64,000 nucleotides of DNA from Podarcis erhardii (taxonomy: Eukaryota), in the NCBI GenBank assembly GCA_964252035.1, contig OZ176205.1; one strand, written 5' to 3'. The position numbers and the translations under genes are program-made. This document shows, one piece after another, positions 43,101 through 55,655 of the stretch (position 1 is the first letter of the stretch; each line of letters opens with the position of its first letter). The notes beneath the pieces were generated by a model that was not told where the DNA came from, did no database searches, and saw only the letters and a list, made by a program, of their open reading frames with translations.

Positions 43101-45641
43101 TATAGGATCCCTGTCAGTTCTGCGATGATGTAACGTGTTGCAGAAGACTTATGCCTCCATGTGGTATTTGCCTTGGCTACTAGAGGGAGAGGGAGGGGTT
43201 GTTAGAGGAATCGGAGCCATGTCAGGCCTTACAATGTGGGGTGGGGAGGTGTGCAGAGGAGGAAGGGGCTAGTGGCGATTCATCTATTGTTTTAGATCTG
43301 AACCTCATCGACTGGAGCGCCCTCAACTTCCTGGCTGTGGCTCTGGATAAAACAGTGTATCTGTGGAACTACGAGTCCCGAGAAATAATCCAGCTCATGC
43401 AGATGGAACACCCAGATGACTACATCTCCTCTGTGTCTTGGATCAAAGAGGGAAACTACCTTGCAATTGGCACAAGTAACGCAGAGGTTCAGGTAGGGGT
43501 TATGCCTTTTTAATGACTTGATTAAGCATTGTTGACTTGACTACTTGCCAAGGGGCATGGTTTACAGAGATACTCATGATCTCTACCAGACGTTCATAGA
43601 ATCTTAAGAGTTGGGAGGGACCCAAGGGTCATCTAGTCCACCCCCCTGCAATGCAGGAATCTGTGTTATGTGGTTACTCTTTGGGGCCACGAGCTACCAG
43701 CAGGTACCCGGCAGGTTGCGGGAACTACTGAAGTGTGGGTATGTTTGTGGTTGAGGCATGACTTTGAGGGCCATGGCTTGGTTGCATTTCTCCAATTGAT
43801 TTTAAATGGTTTCGGCAAAGTGGGCTTGTCTTGGTATATACTCTTCTCCATTTCCAACCCCCCTGGCAATACTCGAGTTTAGCCAGATGGTTGTACTAAT
43901 TATTGTCTGTGGCGATTCTAGTTATGGGACATCCAGCAGAAGAAGCGTCTACGAAACATGGTCAGTCACTCATCCCGTGTGAGCTCCCTGAGCTGGAACA
44001 GCCACATTCTATCCAGGTATGGCCCAAATCCCAGACAAAGGGATTCATGAGAGCATTACTTGCTTAGGCTCAGCCTATCTGCAGGACTGTATTCTTCTAT
44101 ACAAACCTGGCTATGCTCTGAGATCTTTGAGGGAGGCCCTTCTGTCACGCCACCCTCACAAGCATGTTTGGTGGTGATGCGGGTGGGGCTTCTTGATGGC
44201 TGCTTGCAGACTTTGGAGCCCCCTTCCTAGAGAGGTCAGACCTGGCTCCCTCCTTGTCCTTCTGCTGGCAGGTGAAGACTTTTACTCCAGTACGCTTCTG
44301 AGAACTGACTGTTTTTTAGGAAAGGGCTTTTAATAGTATTGCTGTTTCTACTAGTTTTTTTTAAATATTTTTATGTAGTTTAATATTATTGTTTAATTTC
44401 CATTTATTATCTTTTATGTGTGTATCACTTTATTGTCTTTATTCATGCTTGAGGCCTGGTTCTGGGGGAAAAGGCAGGATATAAATATAACAGCAGGAGT
44501 ACAGCAAAACTGCCTTCTCTGGAACTTTTTTTTCTTTCCTAAGTGAAGAGGTGATATTGGTTGTCCTTAGCACTTGAGTTTGGGTTTATATACTAAATCT
44601 TATGCCTCTCTTAACAGCGGGTCACGGACCGGTCACATTCATCATCATGATGTTCGTGTGGCAGAGCACCATGTGGCAACACTTGCTGGCCATACGCAAG
44701 AGGTGTGTGGGCTCAAGTGGTCACCTGATGGTCGCTATCTGGCCAGTGGAGGAAATGATAACCTGGTAAATGTCTGGCCAAGCATCCAAGGGGATAGTGG
44801 ATCATTTCAGCCTGTGCAGACTTTCACGCAGCATCAAGGAGCTGTTAAGGTAAGTAGTTCTTTATGTAGGAGGCACTTGACATGTTGCTGGCAATAGGGA
44901 AGATTAACCTAAGACACCTTTCTTCTAGGCTGTAGCTTGGAGTCCATGGCAGTCCAATGTGCTGGCAACAGGAGGTGGAACAAGTGACCGGCATATAAGG
45001 ATCTGGAGTGTGTGCTCGGGTACCTGCCTCAATACAGTGGATGCACAGTCTCAGGTAGGTTCACCTAGTATTCTCAATGGAAAATAAAGAGCAGTTCAGC
45101 ACTGGATACTAAGCTGATGCTCAGTCTCTTCAATTTATACATGAGCATGTATTTGGGCTCTTGGTACTCACTGTTTTATGTCTGACAGGTGTGTGCAGTA
45201 CTTTGGTCTACAAACTACAAAGAACTTGTGTCTGGTCATGGCTTTGCCCAGAACCAGCTCGTGGTATGGAAATACCCATCCATGTCCAAGGTCACAGAGT
45301 TAAAAGGTGAGTTCAGATAGATGGTATGGAAATGGCTGAAGTACCAGATTTAGCCAACTTCTAATTTGTGGGTATTGCTGCCTTCATAAAATGGAAACAG
45401 CCACACATGCATTGTTCCTTCCACTTGTCTGCTGGAAATGGCACACCTTTGTTTTTAATATTCCCCAGGTCACACAGCTAGAGTGCTAAGCCTGACTATG
45501 AGTCCAGATGGGTCCACAGTGGCATCAGCAGCAGCAGATGAAACACTGAGGCTCTGGCGGTGTTTCGAGCTGGACCCAGCCCGTAAGAAGGAGAAAGACA
45601 GCAGCACCAAGAGTAGCATTATCCATCAAGGCATCCGCTGA
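39907..45641 (+). CDS. CDC20: Cell division cycle protein 20 (APC/C co-activator), 10 coding exons, 505 aa
   Basis: Exons 39907-40114, 40352-40494, 41522-41618, 42947-43075, 43296-43492, 43922-44016, 44618-44849, 44929-45054, 45189-45306, 45469-45641 (1518 bp). [11 protein letters not shown]-terminus, C-box DRYIPNR, KILR Mad2-binding motif, WD40 repeats, IR tail (HQGIR*). Confidence 0.98.
40352..40494 (+). CDS. CDC20: CDC20 exon 3 (C-box)
   Basis: [47 protein letters not shown]|GTGAG. Confidence 0.96.
41522..41618 (+). CDS. CDC20: CDC20 exon 4 (KILR)
   Basis: [32 protein letters not shown], 97 bp. Confidence 0.96.
41666..41856 (-). mobile_element. Bov-B (RTE) LINE 3' end
   Basis: Minus strand encodes [25 protein letters not shown]...[13 protein letters not shown], the typical RTE/Bov-B ORF C-terminus, followed by a (CAA)n tail. 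Confidence 0.88.
41880..42220 (+). mobile_element. L2 LINE 3' end
   Basis: [14 protein letters not shown]-like remnant, GGGAGCCGCCCAGAG...CCAGATGGG terminal motif, (TTA)n tail. Confidence 0.7.
42947..43075 (+). CDS. CDC20: CDC20 exon 5
   Basis: [43 protein letters not shown], 129 bp. Confidence 0.96.
43296..43492 (+). CDS. CDC20: CDC20 exon 6
   Basis: [25 protein letters not shown]...[10 protein letters not shown], 197 bp. Confidence 0.96.
43922..44016 (+). CDS. CDC20: CDC20 exon 7
   Basis: [31 protein letters not shown], 95 bp. Confidence 0.96.
44100..44480 (+). mobile_element. Degraded L2 3' fragment
   Basis: Weak similarity to the other L2 tails in the window. Confidence 0.4.
44618..44849 (+). 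CDS. CDC20: CDC20 exon 8
   Basis: [48 protein letters not shown]...QHQGAVK, 232 bp. Confidence 0.96.
44929..45054 (+). CDS. CDC20: CDC20 exon 9
   Basis: [42 protein letters not shown], 126 bp. Confidence 0.96.
45189..45306 (+). CDS. CDC20: CDC20 exon 10
   Basis: [39 protein letters not shown], 118 bp. Confidence 0.96.
45469..45641 (+). CDS. CDC20: CDC20 exon 11 (IR tail)
   Basis: [37 protein letters not shown]...SIIHQGIR*. Confidence 0.96.
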
Positions 45642-45688
45642 GCCCACTCTCTAACCTATTGCTTTGTGTACAGAATTTTAAACAATTT

Positions 45689-45694
45689 AATAAA
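45689..45694 (+). terminator. CDC20 polyadenylation signal (AATAAA)
   Basis: AATAAA 48 nt after the stop with upstream TGTA; two more AATAAA at 45816 and 45825. Confidence 0.65.
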
Positions 45695-46920
45695 TATTTC
45701 ACTCTCACTTAAGAAATGGGGTTGGTGCATGGGGTTGATATCTAGGATAAAAGCAACAGACTGATATATCAAAGTGGATTTAATTGTTGCTGGCTATCTG
45801 GCCTGTATCATTTGTAATAAACCAAATAAACTACTGATGGAAGACCAGAGTGCTTATCTTAAATCTAGTGTTTCTGATGTTTCCCAAGAGAATATGCAGC
45901 CCTAGCCTATACAGACAACAGATACACAAAGTATGAGGTGTGTTGAAAATGAAGCTTTTAATGTTTTGAAGTAAATGATAAGGTATCTAGTACTGTGCAT
46001 CAAGGTGTATGGAAATAGTCATGAGCAATTATCATCTTGGGTGTAGCTAAGGTGCCCATCAGTAGCTGGGCTACTGACAGTGATACAACATGCACTTTCT
46101 ACCAAGGGCTGTTTAATTCCTTATAGGGCTAAGAAGTAGCTACAAAAGCACTTATGGGGGCTGTAAGATCTTATTGTGGCAGAATAGTTGGATCAAGCTA
46201 CTCTGATAATCTGGTTTCTAGATTGTATTATTGTTCAAATGCTTGCAGTATATATTCTTTCTCCAATACAGATACTGTTCTTATCAATTAAAAAAAGATC
46301 CTTGCTGCTGTGTACTAAAACTTTGTAAGATTTGAGGATAAACAGGGTATGGTGAAACGTATACATAGCACTATATAATACTTGGTGATTGAATCCTATT
46401 GGATTCAATCACCATCTCTTTAGATTCCCCCACCCACACCCAAAAGCTTAAAACTATTTAATAGAGTAGCAGGAAGTAGAAACTGTTTGATATGTGCACA
46501 TAGCTGAAGATAGGAAACATGGGCCACTTAGCTAGAATCAATATCAGAAAGTAGGGAGGGCAACGGGCTACCTTTGTTGTGCACTTTATAGGACTGGATA
46601 TTGGAAGGAGGTTGTGCTTCTGGGCCTGGGATGATAGTAACTAAGAATGCCTGTATTTTACTGTAAAAAAGCTGGAGCTGAATTAGTGGAAGGCAGTTTA
46701 CTACCAGGAACTGAGCTGTGCAGGCAGGCTCTGACAGTGAGGAATGTTTCTGTCTGCCTCATTCCCTTCACAATTTTCCCCCATCCCCAACTATAGACCA
46801 AGGAAGTAGATGCATCCATGAAGTTTTAAAGTCCTTGTGCATCTCTTTACAGCATATTTTAATACATGTAATCTGTCACTTCCAGCATATAAACAGATGA
46901 GATAATGATTAAATCCAGAG

Positions 46921-47042
46921 GATGGGTTGCAGCTCCATGGTAGAGAATCTGTTTTGCATGCATTGGTGCTGGGTTCAACTGCTGCCATCTCTAGCTAGGG
47001 CCTGTCTGAAACCACAGAGGGCCACTGCTGGTCAGTGTATAT
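46921..47042 (+). mobile_element. tRNA-derived Squam3-like SINE, split by a hAT MITE
   Basis: TGGTAGAG...TTTGCATGCA...GGTTCAA, CCTGTCTGAAACC, CTGCTGGTCAGTGTA. Confidence 0.55.
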
Positions 47043-47202
47043 CAGTGGTTCACAATTGGTGGCCTGTGGATGATAGAGGTCCGCAGCTCCATTCGCGTAA
47101 CAAAAACTACCAGAGATATCAAAATTTTCAGTGGTAGGGGGTCCATGACTTGGCTTTTGAAAAACAAGGGATCTGCAGTACTTGGCTAATTGGATATCAC
47201 TG
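47043..47202. mobile_element. hAT MITE nested in a SINE
   Basis: CAGTG...CACTG ends, 8-bp TSD GTGTATAT/GTGTAGAT (7/8 match). Confidence 0.65.
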
Positions 47203-48379
47203 GTGTAGATAATGGTTTGATTAAAATCGTCACAACTGGGTAGCTTCTTATACTTTAAAAGCTAATTTAGGTGCCCCCTCACAGTGTGATCCTATACACA
47301 TCAGCTACACACAGCTCTTTTTAAATGGGACTTGCTGCCATAGCCTACCTACAAGCAGGAACACTTGCAGGATATCTGCAACTAAACTTCCTGTTGTGTT
47401 TTAGGAGATATATAGTATTTGAAATCTGTAGATTATCTCAAAAGGTTCCTTCTGCCAATGATTCCATGAAATACAGAATGGCTCTCTGTCACAACTTCAG
47501 ATGGTAAGAGAAGCTAACATCAGTAACGGGAATTTGCTTCTGCGGCCTTATCTAAATTGGGATGGACAGCAGTCTCTTGGTCTGTGTCTGAGATATGAAA
47601 ACTAGAGCTTGTGCATATTATTGACTAATTAAAATAGGTAACCACATTGACCCCTACAGATGCTCTTTGTCATGGAGAACTCGTTACCTGTAATGAAGGA
47701 ATAGTACAGGAGTAGCGACTGTTGCTGTTACGCCCTGGAATGGGCAGACTTAAGTCAGAACTTGTGTTCCAAGTTCTGGCTTGGTAGAAAGTCTGAGCCA
47801 CACAGGCTGCTGTGGTTAGTAGAACTTAAATGTTCTAGATAAAAGGCAACATCAAATAATTGTTGGTTCAGCTGTACTACTGCCTTCCAGTTAAACTCAT
47901 CTGGCCAAATTGGGGCTGCAGTTAAAACTGAGGATGTTTTCTTAAACTTCACTAAGAGGAAGACTTTTTGCAAACGAAACAGTTGTTATAATATATAAAA
48001 CTAGTGCTTTGTTCCTGATCCTAAACAAGACTTGAAGCAACTACTCAAGTTTGGAGTGGCTGTTTTAAAACAACTAGAGAAGCATGGCGCTTCCATAAGG
48101 ACTATTAACAAGAAGACATACTATCCAAAATGTTTACACTTGTCAAATTTGAATAAGCTGATGTGAGCACTTGTGTCAAGATAGGATACATATGTTGAGC
48201 AGTAAATGCTGTTGCCTGTTCAGTAGGGAGCACATGAGAACAGCCTATAGTTTTTAATCATAAGACCACGGAGCTCATTATCCCATATTTGCGAATAGAC
48301 TGGGCAAGGCCAAACAGTTCCAATAGAAAGCCATACAGGTAAAGTCTCATTTGGAATACACTCTCCCATCTTCATTTCA

Positions 48380-48730
48380 CTAAAGTAAAGGGACCCCTGA
48401 CCGTTAGGTGTAGTCGTGGACGACTCTGGGGTTGCGGCGCTCATCTCGTTTTACTGGCCGAGGGAGCCGGCGTACAGCTTCCAGGTCATGTGGCCAGCAT
48501 GACTAAGCTGCTTCTGGCGAACCAGAGCAGCACACAGAAACGGTGTTTACCTTCCTGCTGGAGCGGTACCTATTTATCTACTTGCACTGCATGCTTTCGA
48601 ACTGCTAGGCTGGCAGGAGCAGGGACCAAGCAACGGGAGCTCACCCCATCGAGGGGATTTGAACCGCCAACCTTTTGCTCAGCAAGCCGTAGGCTCTGTG
48701 GTTTAACCCACAGCGCCACCCGTGTCCCTC
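48380..48730 (-). mobile_element. Sauria SINE
   Basis: Full-length, same body as the 19772 and 61219 copies; 10-bp TSD CTTCATTTCA. Confidence 0.9.
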
Positions 48731-49920
48731 CTTCATTTCATTACTCCTGCATTATTAGTAACCAGGTGTTAAACCATAGCAAAAGAATAGCAAGAACAGG
48801 CATGCATAGTAGAATAAGCATCTTTTACTATTGCTGAGTAGTATATCCCTAAATTCCCTTGCATCATAATAAAATACTAATTCAGAACAGTGGTGTAAAT
48901 GTAGAATGCTGTCATAAGCATTAGTTGAAAGTTTCTCACACATGCACTGAAGGAAGGAGGCAGGACACAGCAAAGGATCAGCAGTGGAGAGATTTAAGTG
49001 TTACAAAACCTTGTAATTCAATCTAACAATAAACTTTGCTTAAAAGTTTTTAAAACAGGACCATCCTATCTGAAAACTGGCTAAAATAGCTGGTGGTAAA
49101 AGCTGTAGTAGTACATCTAGCATTGCTTATGGCACATAATCCAGGTTATGTATTAGTCTAGCCCTAGCACTGAGGTAGAGAGAGACACTTACGTAACCAA
49201 GTCACTCTGCAAGATTGATTCCAACAAAATATGCATTCTGCCATGCCTTGGATTATTCTATCCAGCAACACTTGTAGCCACATTTAGCACTATCTATAGG
49301 ATACTGCACAGATCAAAGGTCTGCCATTGTTGGCCAATTCTAACACAGGCCTATTTTGGGTGTGACACACAGTAGCAACAGCAGCGCCACTTTTCAGGCT
49401 ACAGACAAATAGCACCAAGGAATAGGGCTTCTTCAGGCACAGGATATTTCGCAGCAGCTGGAGCTTGGGCAAGAACATAAATCAGTAAAAAACAGAAAGG
49501 CAGCTGGCCTAAAACTTTCCATGTAAGGAAAGGAGAATATGCATTCAGCCTGGCAGGGAGAAAAGAAAGGAGCCTAGGAAACAAATGCACAAAACCTTTG
49601 AGCAAAGTTAGCTTTGCTCAAGTCGTCCTCTAGCAGAAGTCACCTGAGGCACGACACTACACTGGGCAAGCCAGAACGTGGCCACTACAATACTTCATAG
49701 GTTTTTGATCTGAATTTTTCAGTTATCCCCACTCCTTAAACTAACCCCAACTAAGGCACAAGGTGACTGAAGGGGAGCACCTCATTGGAACTGAATGTCA
49801 ACATCTGTTTTATAGTCAATATGGCCCATGGAAATGTTTGTTCTTCTCACCCAAGCCTGACCAGTCATGGGTCCAAAGCCTTGAAATCAAGAACAAGAAT
49901 CACTACTCTCTTTCTGTCCA

Positions 49921-49926
49921 TTTATT
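49921..49926 (-). terminator. Candidate ELOVL1 polyadenylation signal (AATAAA on minus strand)
   Basis: TTTATT on + strand ~825 nt past the stop codon. Confidence 0.5.
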
Positions 49927-50029
49927 TCTGTGAAGACAAGTGAGAAACTCAGGTAGAAGGGAGGCACCTCTCCTGAGTCCTCCCCAAGGCTTAGAATACA
50001 GGGAGTGTCTGCTCCTTGGAGCAGATCCA

Positions 50030-50052
50030 GTAATAATAATAATAATAATAAT
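50030..50052. repeat. (AAT)n microsatellite in the putative ELOVL1 3'UTR
   Basis: Direct reading. Confidence 0.9.
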
Positions 50053-50749
50053 AAAAAGGCACACAGAGCAACAGCATGCAAGCTGGAAAAAGGTCCTTCT
50101 CCCTGGGCTTCAGTGCAGCAAAAGTATCTGTGGTCATCAACCCATGGGGAGCAAGAGCCCAGAGTTATTGCTAAGGTTGTGGGATCAGAGCAACCAAAAA
50201 CTGGGGAGTTATGTGGAGGGACGAACACTGAGGCCAGCCAAGGCAGCAAGAATGAAGCCCTTGGCCTATAGCACCCCACCTGCATACAGAGCAGGAATAG
50301 ATCTCTCTGGGGGAGTCAGACCCACAGCAACAAGGGACCACTCACATTCAAGTATGAATGGCAGGGCTCCAATGGGGTAAAGAGAATGAACAGCGGGCAA
50401 CACAAACTTAGGGAAAGCAGAGGAACAAAATTCCCACCTGGATCACATGGAGTACATAGAACTAAATGGAAAGGTGTGTCCCATCTGGCAGAGTTCTGCT
50501 TTGGTCCAGCTCTGGAGGGAGCCCAGCCCAGGGCAGACACAGGCACTTTGAAGACCTTAGGCTAAAACCAGCACCAACAGCCCAAGCAGCCTCTCTCCCC
50601 TGGGACAGCTGAAGGCCAGGTGTGAGGGATACAGAGCAGTTGGGAAGGTGGCTTGGAACTGCAAGACAACAGTCTTTAGGCACTTGGTCTTGCTAATGGG
50701 CCCAGACATGGGTTCGGTTGGTCCGAGACACCTTGATCCCACCCACCTC

Positions 50750-50995
50750 CTAGTTGGCTTTGGCTTTGCCGTTAGAAATGGCACCATTCTCATGAAAGCC
50801 ATTCTGCTGAGGTTGTGTCATGACCTTGGGCAGACGCTTGCCTCTGGTGTACGAATGGTACCAGAAGTTGGAGAAGAGGAGGAAGAAGATAACGCCGTAA
50901 ATCCAGATGAGGTGGATGAAGATTGGGTACTGGTAGTCACAGCTGGGCATGAAGTAGTACTGGGAGATGTGGATGGAGACGAGCACAAACTGCAA
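50750..50995 (-). CDS. ELOVL1: ELOVL1 exon 8 (last coding exon)
   Basis: [24 protein letters not shown]...GKAKAN*, 246 bp. Confidence 0.96.
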   Translation of the reverse strand: MQFVLVSIHISQYYFMPSCDYQYPIFIHLIWIYGVIFFLLFSNFWYHSYTRGKRLPKVMTQPQQNGFHENGAISNGKAKAN

Positions 50996-51896
50996 CTGTG
51001 AGTGGAGGCAAGAGAAAGTTATGGAGTAAAGAAGGCAGCTATATCCCGTTCCCCTACCCACGGGAGGAAATAGACAGCCCTAGGGACAGGTAGTTCAAGC
51101 TGGGAGAGGGAGAACACAGAAAGTCTAGCACAGGAAACAATTGCTAAATAAGTTCCTGTAGCTCTTGCCAAGAGAAAGGAAATAAGTCAGACCAATGTCC
51201 CAGGCTGGTTGTACCATCCAAAGTTGGGAGTTGTTGGCATGAGTGGCCTGGTCCTTTCCCTTTCCTACTCACCAGTTGAATGGCAGTGATGTGCTTCTTC
51301 CACCACAGGTACTTTTGATAGGCAGGCCCTGCAGCTGACAGCGCATAGTAAAAGTACATCACCACATGTACTATTGAGTTCACTAAAGCATGAAATGAGC
51401 CCATTCCTCCTGCAGGCCAACAAATAAGAGAAAGATTAAATTCAAATGGTAAAGGAAGAGCTGAGATATGACCAAGTCCTACATACATATAGCAAGACCA
51501 GAAAGGAATTCTTCTGGAACATTAGGGACCACGAACATGGTGGTTATGGTGGTAATAGAGTAAAAGAAGTCAGAAATGTTTGTTATTGTTGTCTTTGTGG
51601 GGCTTTTTTTTTGGGGGGGGGTTCCTAATCATCTCCAGTTAGTATTCTGTGAAATGCTATTTTGAAGTGCCCACAACAAATTTTGATTTCCAAATGAGCC
51701 CCCAGGCCCCAAAAAGTTGAGAACCTCTGATATAAAAATTCGACAATATTAACTTTTACCAGTCTAAAAGCTCTGTACTTTATTCATCACCATCATCTTT
51801 CACCATGCAGAGACTCAAGGTGGCTTACAGATAAAATAGAAACAGCTAAAAGCATAGATAGGCCCATTAAAAATCAATTAAATGTTAACAGAATTT

Positions 51897-51962
<66 letters not shown>

Positions 51963-53909
51963 TACATGCCTTCCCTAAATCTCACCTGGGCCAAATTTGG
52001 CACCCCACCACCAGCTCCAGGGAAGCACTGAATGGTGGAACACATGCAGGAAGGTCACCTGTTCATTCTTCTTTCTTAGGATGAAGATCACCTGGAAGCA
52101 CGAGATTAGAGTGAGATTGGCTTTTCATTTTGGCCAGTGGGCCATTACTCCAGAATGTATAAAAGAGAGGAAGCACCATTGCAGACTCCAAATAGTAACA
52201 ATCCAATCATCTTCAGTGAGCTAATAAATATCAACTGTACATACTGTAAGAAAATGAACAAAAACCACCCTATCCCAATGAAATACCTACTAGTGTTAGT
52301 AGAATATAAACGTTAGTCACCATTAATTTGCACAAATGATCCATGTCAGAATAAGTAGGGCTGTCTGACCACATCTGGTAAGTGTTGTTAAGGCCAATAC
52401 AAATGTGTAGCCATACCCATTTCTGCTCCAAACAAGATACTGTAGGCCTCAAAAAACAAGCACTTACTGTGTCAAGCAGTTCAATGTACTTGGAGATGAT
52501 GAAGACCCAGGCTACATGGACCATCTAACAAGAAAGAGCAATGTCAGAAATCCTAGTCATCAAAACATAAAGCTCCACCCTACTTTTCTACCCTCATTTT
52601 TTCTTCCTTCTGAATCCCCATTTCTCCTCTTGAAGTAATCCCACCACAGAATTGCAACATTTGCCAAGCTTGTGCCTACATTAAAAAAAAAACAAGAACA
52701 CTCTCACACATGGGGGAATGTGAGATAAGATATGGGGTTGAAAGAATGAAAGAACTTACCCGAAGGGCCATGGGATTCTGGGATTGGTCCACAGGGTCAC
52801 ACCTCCAAGTGTAACCAGTCAACCAGCCTGACATAAGGAACTGCAACAAGGAGCCACCATTCAGATACTTCTCAATGATACTACATTCACCAGCTCAGCT
52901 TTGTAAACATACCCACAAAAATTACAAGCCTAAAATTTGTGTTACTAGTTTTATAAGAGGCTAATCAGCTACGTTTCCATGCTCACTGAAGAGAAAGAGA
53001 AGCTTCTTCTCTATGGTCAACATTAAAATGCAGGCAACTATCCTATTAGCAGGAAAATTAAAATAAAATAAATAAAAGTAACTTGCTATCAAACAGGCTG
53101 GAGGACAGACAAAGCTGAGGGACAAGCTTTCCTTCCTTAGCAGCCACCAGCAGTCCATTCATTCATCTGCATAGAACTCTTAGGTCACCAATGGCTACCA
53201 AGCTAGTGCCGAAATGGAAGGTTGTACAAGGTACCGTATTTTTCGCTCTATAACACGCACCTGACCATAACACGCACATCGTTTTTAGAGGAGGAAAACA
53301 AGGGAAAAAACATTCTGAATGAAACAGTGGATGTATCATTTTTGTGCTTCATGCTGTGGCCACAGACATGTGATCTGATGGTGAATTTGGGGTGACCCAA
53401 TGCAAAAATCCTGAGAATCCCTGTGCATCCATGGTTTGTAACCAGGTTTTTGCACCATTGCAGCCCCAGGCAACAGTGGGTGTGTGATATTTGGGGGGCA
53501 GGCTGTAGCCATGGACATGCTATGTGATCTGATGGTGAATTTGGGCTGACCCAATGCAAAGATCCTGAGGATCCATGTGGATCCATGCTTTTTAACCACG
53601 TTTTTGCACCATTGCAGCCCCAGGCAACAGTGGGTGCATGATTTTTAGGGGGCAGGCTGTAGCCATGGACATGCTATGTGATCTGATGGTGAATTTGGGG
53701 TGACCCAATGCAAAGATCCTGAGGATCCATGTGGATCCATGATTTTTAACCACATTTTAAGTGGGGAGGGAAGGAAAAACACAGAACGGACAAGGAGCAC
53801 GAGAGGGGTGTGCAGAGAAGCAGCTGGCTAAGAATGCAGGAGAGGGGTATAACGGGAGGGAGGAAAGGAAGGCAAAAGTTTTCCTTCACCTACCCACCCA
53901 AGCCAGCCA

Positions 53910-53981
<72 letters not shown>

Positions 53982-55655
53982 CCCCCCCCCCCCCCCGCAT
54001 GTTTTCAGCAGACGACACTCTGCTTTACCCTCTGCTTGCCTGGAGGGGAGGGGCTTTCCCTGCTCTTTGTTCTGTTTGAGCAAACACAGCAAGGAAACAG
54101 AGATGGGTGGGCAGTAAGACCCTGAGGCAGAATGCAGGAAAGCAGCCGCTTCCTCTTTTAAGGTTTCCCTTCTCCGAGACGCGAGATTTGATTTTTTTTG
54201 CCTCCCCTCACGCCATTTGGCTCCAGGGACCACACATTCGCTCAATAGCACGCACAGACATTTCCCCTTCCTTTTTAGGAGAAAAAAATCTGCGTGTTAT
54301 AGAAGGAGCCTGTTGCAGCCACCATGCTCAACAATTAGGTGGATGGGGTGCTAGCTCTGCTTCTTCAAATAATCCCCACCTGGTTAGGTGGTGTTGTAAA
54401 TAACTAACTCTGATGTAATTCTGCATACTAACTTATATATACACACACTTTATCTCCCCATATTTATAGTTTTAAAAATCAGCTTATGTATGTAGTTTTG
54501 TCCAGCAATGGCTTTGTACATCCAGCTGCTACAATGCAAGTCCAATAGACTTAATTTGTAACTTAACACTTTTAAAGAAGAGGCACTTCTTAAGATAATT
54601 CTCCTATTGACCTGAGCAGGTAATGCTACCCCTGCCAGCTTTAAGAAAATGGAATACCAGTAAGCATGATGCACTCCATCACATAAACACTGACAGAGAA
54701 AATATATTTACTGGGAAGGGGTTGTGCAATTCCCAAGTCACATGTATGTACCATTCTGTATAAAAGGCTACAATGGAGACACTAGACAACTGTTGCACGA
54801 TTATGGCCAGCTGATATATTTAAGTAAATTACAGCTAGTAGAAACTTGTACATTGTCTGTTAAGCATAGCCTTGCTACACTTCTAGGTCATCATGTGAAA
54901 GAGTTTATTCATGGAAATTAGCATCCTCATAAAAAAACCACACCCTGCATGAACATTAACACCTTAATGTAACCAGACCAAAGGCCCATTGCACAAATGG
55001 TTTCCGTTATCAGGATCCATTAGGTGCATCCCACCCCAAAACCTCTTAACCCCATAAAGCTTTACATATGCCAGGGTAGGAAGGAGTTTGAAACAGACAC
55101 TGGGGATGCACCACAAGCAGTAACGGCCACATCCCACCAATGGCTGCTAGAGCTAATCTATCTAGGAGATGCTTACCTCATAGACTATGTAGAGCGACAG
55201 TGCTACCATGGAGGAGTTATAGACAATCATGAACTTCCTGAGGTTCAGAGGTTTCCGGTTGGCCATGATGCGTGGCCCCAATGACAGTACAAAGTAGATA
55301 TAACCCAGCAAGATGCCCGTCATAGGAAAAGGTGAGCCCATAAGTGGATACGCAGAAATCCGTGGGTCTGAAGGGAAAAGTGAACTGTTCAGAGGTATGC
55401 ACTGTGCCCAACAACACTCCCTCTGTTATTTTATCAGCAGCCCTATGCATCTAGGGCAGGATAAGTTAAGTGTTTGAGTCACACCGGGACCCTCAAGCTT
55501 TTGTTACACCTGGGGCAGGGGAGGTAGCATCTGTAAGGCAGCCAGAAAGTTGACTACTTCTCTTCTTGAGGCCCCAGTGGGTCACTTTGGCTGAGTAAGC
55601 CAAACTCACCTGCTTTCTTTATGAAGTCTTGATACACGTTCACCAGTGAGTCCAT
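50750..55655 (-). CDS. ELOVL1: Very-long-chain fatty acid elongase 1, 7 coding exons, 287 aa
   Basis: Minus-strand exons 55655-55610, 55367-55177, 52840-52760, 52524-52468, 52091-51986, 51409-51273, 50995-50750 (864 bp). HXXHH motif (LHVFHH), KYLWWKK, C-terminal ER-retrieval KAKAN*; tail-to-tail with CDC20 as for ELOVL1 in other vertebrates. Confidence 0.95.
51273..51409 (-). CDS. ELOVL1: ELOVL1 exon 7
   Basis: [46 protein letters not shown], 137 bp. Confidence 0.96.
51897..51957. repeat. (AC)n(AG)n compound microsatellite, 29 bp from the ELOVL1 exon 6 donor
   Basis: Direct reading. Confidence 0.95.
51986..52091 (-). CDS. ELOVL1: ELOVL1 exon 6 (HXXHH)
   Basis: [35 protein letters not shown], 106 bp. 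Confidence 0.96.
52468..52524 (-). CDS. ELOVL1: ELOVL1 exon 5
   Basis: [19 protein letters not shown], 57 bp. Confidence 0.95.
52760..52840 (-). CDS. ELOVL1: ELOVL1 exon 4
   Basis: [27 protein letters not shown], 81 bp. Confidence 0.95.
53369..53760. repeat. 154-bp tandem repeat (~2.6 units) inside the Tc2-like element
   Basis: TGTGATCTGATGGTGAATTTGGG starts at 53369, 53523 and 53677. Confidence 0.9.
53914..53996. repeat. (CT)n plus poly-C tract
   Basis: Direct reading. Confidence 0.95.
55177..55367 (-). CDS. ELOVL1: ELOVL1 exon 3
   Basis: [51 protein letters not shown]...YIVYE, 191 bp. Confidence 0.95.
55610..55655 (-). CDS. ELOVL1: ELOVL1 exon 2 (coding part)
   Basis: [25 protein letters not shown], donor GTGAGT; acceptor at 55677-55678. 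Confidence 0.92.

Larger units (their letters stand above)
53234..54303. mobile_element. Non-autonomous TcMar (Tc2/Kanga-like) element, right TIR truncated
   Basis: TA-CCGTATTTTTCGCTCTATAACACGCA left end; TGCGTGTTATAGA right remnant; internal 154-bp tandem repeat and (CT)n-(C)n tract. Confidence 0.7.

Noticed and set aside
49887-50380. ORFs of 88-146 aa on both strands
   Set aside because: Within the ELOVL1 3'UTR and driven by the (AAT)n microsatellite
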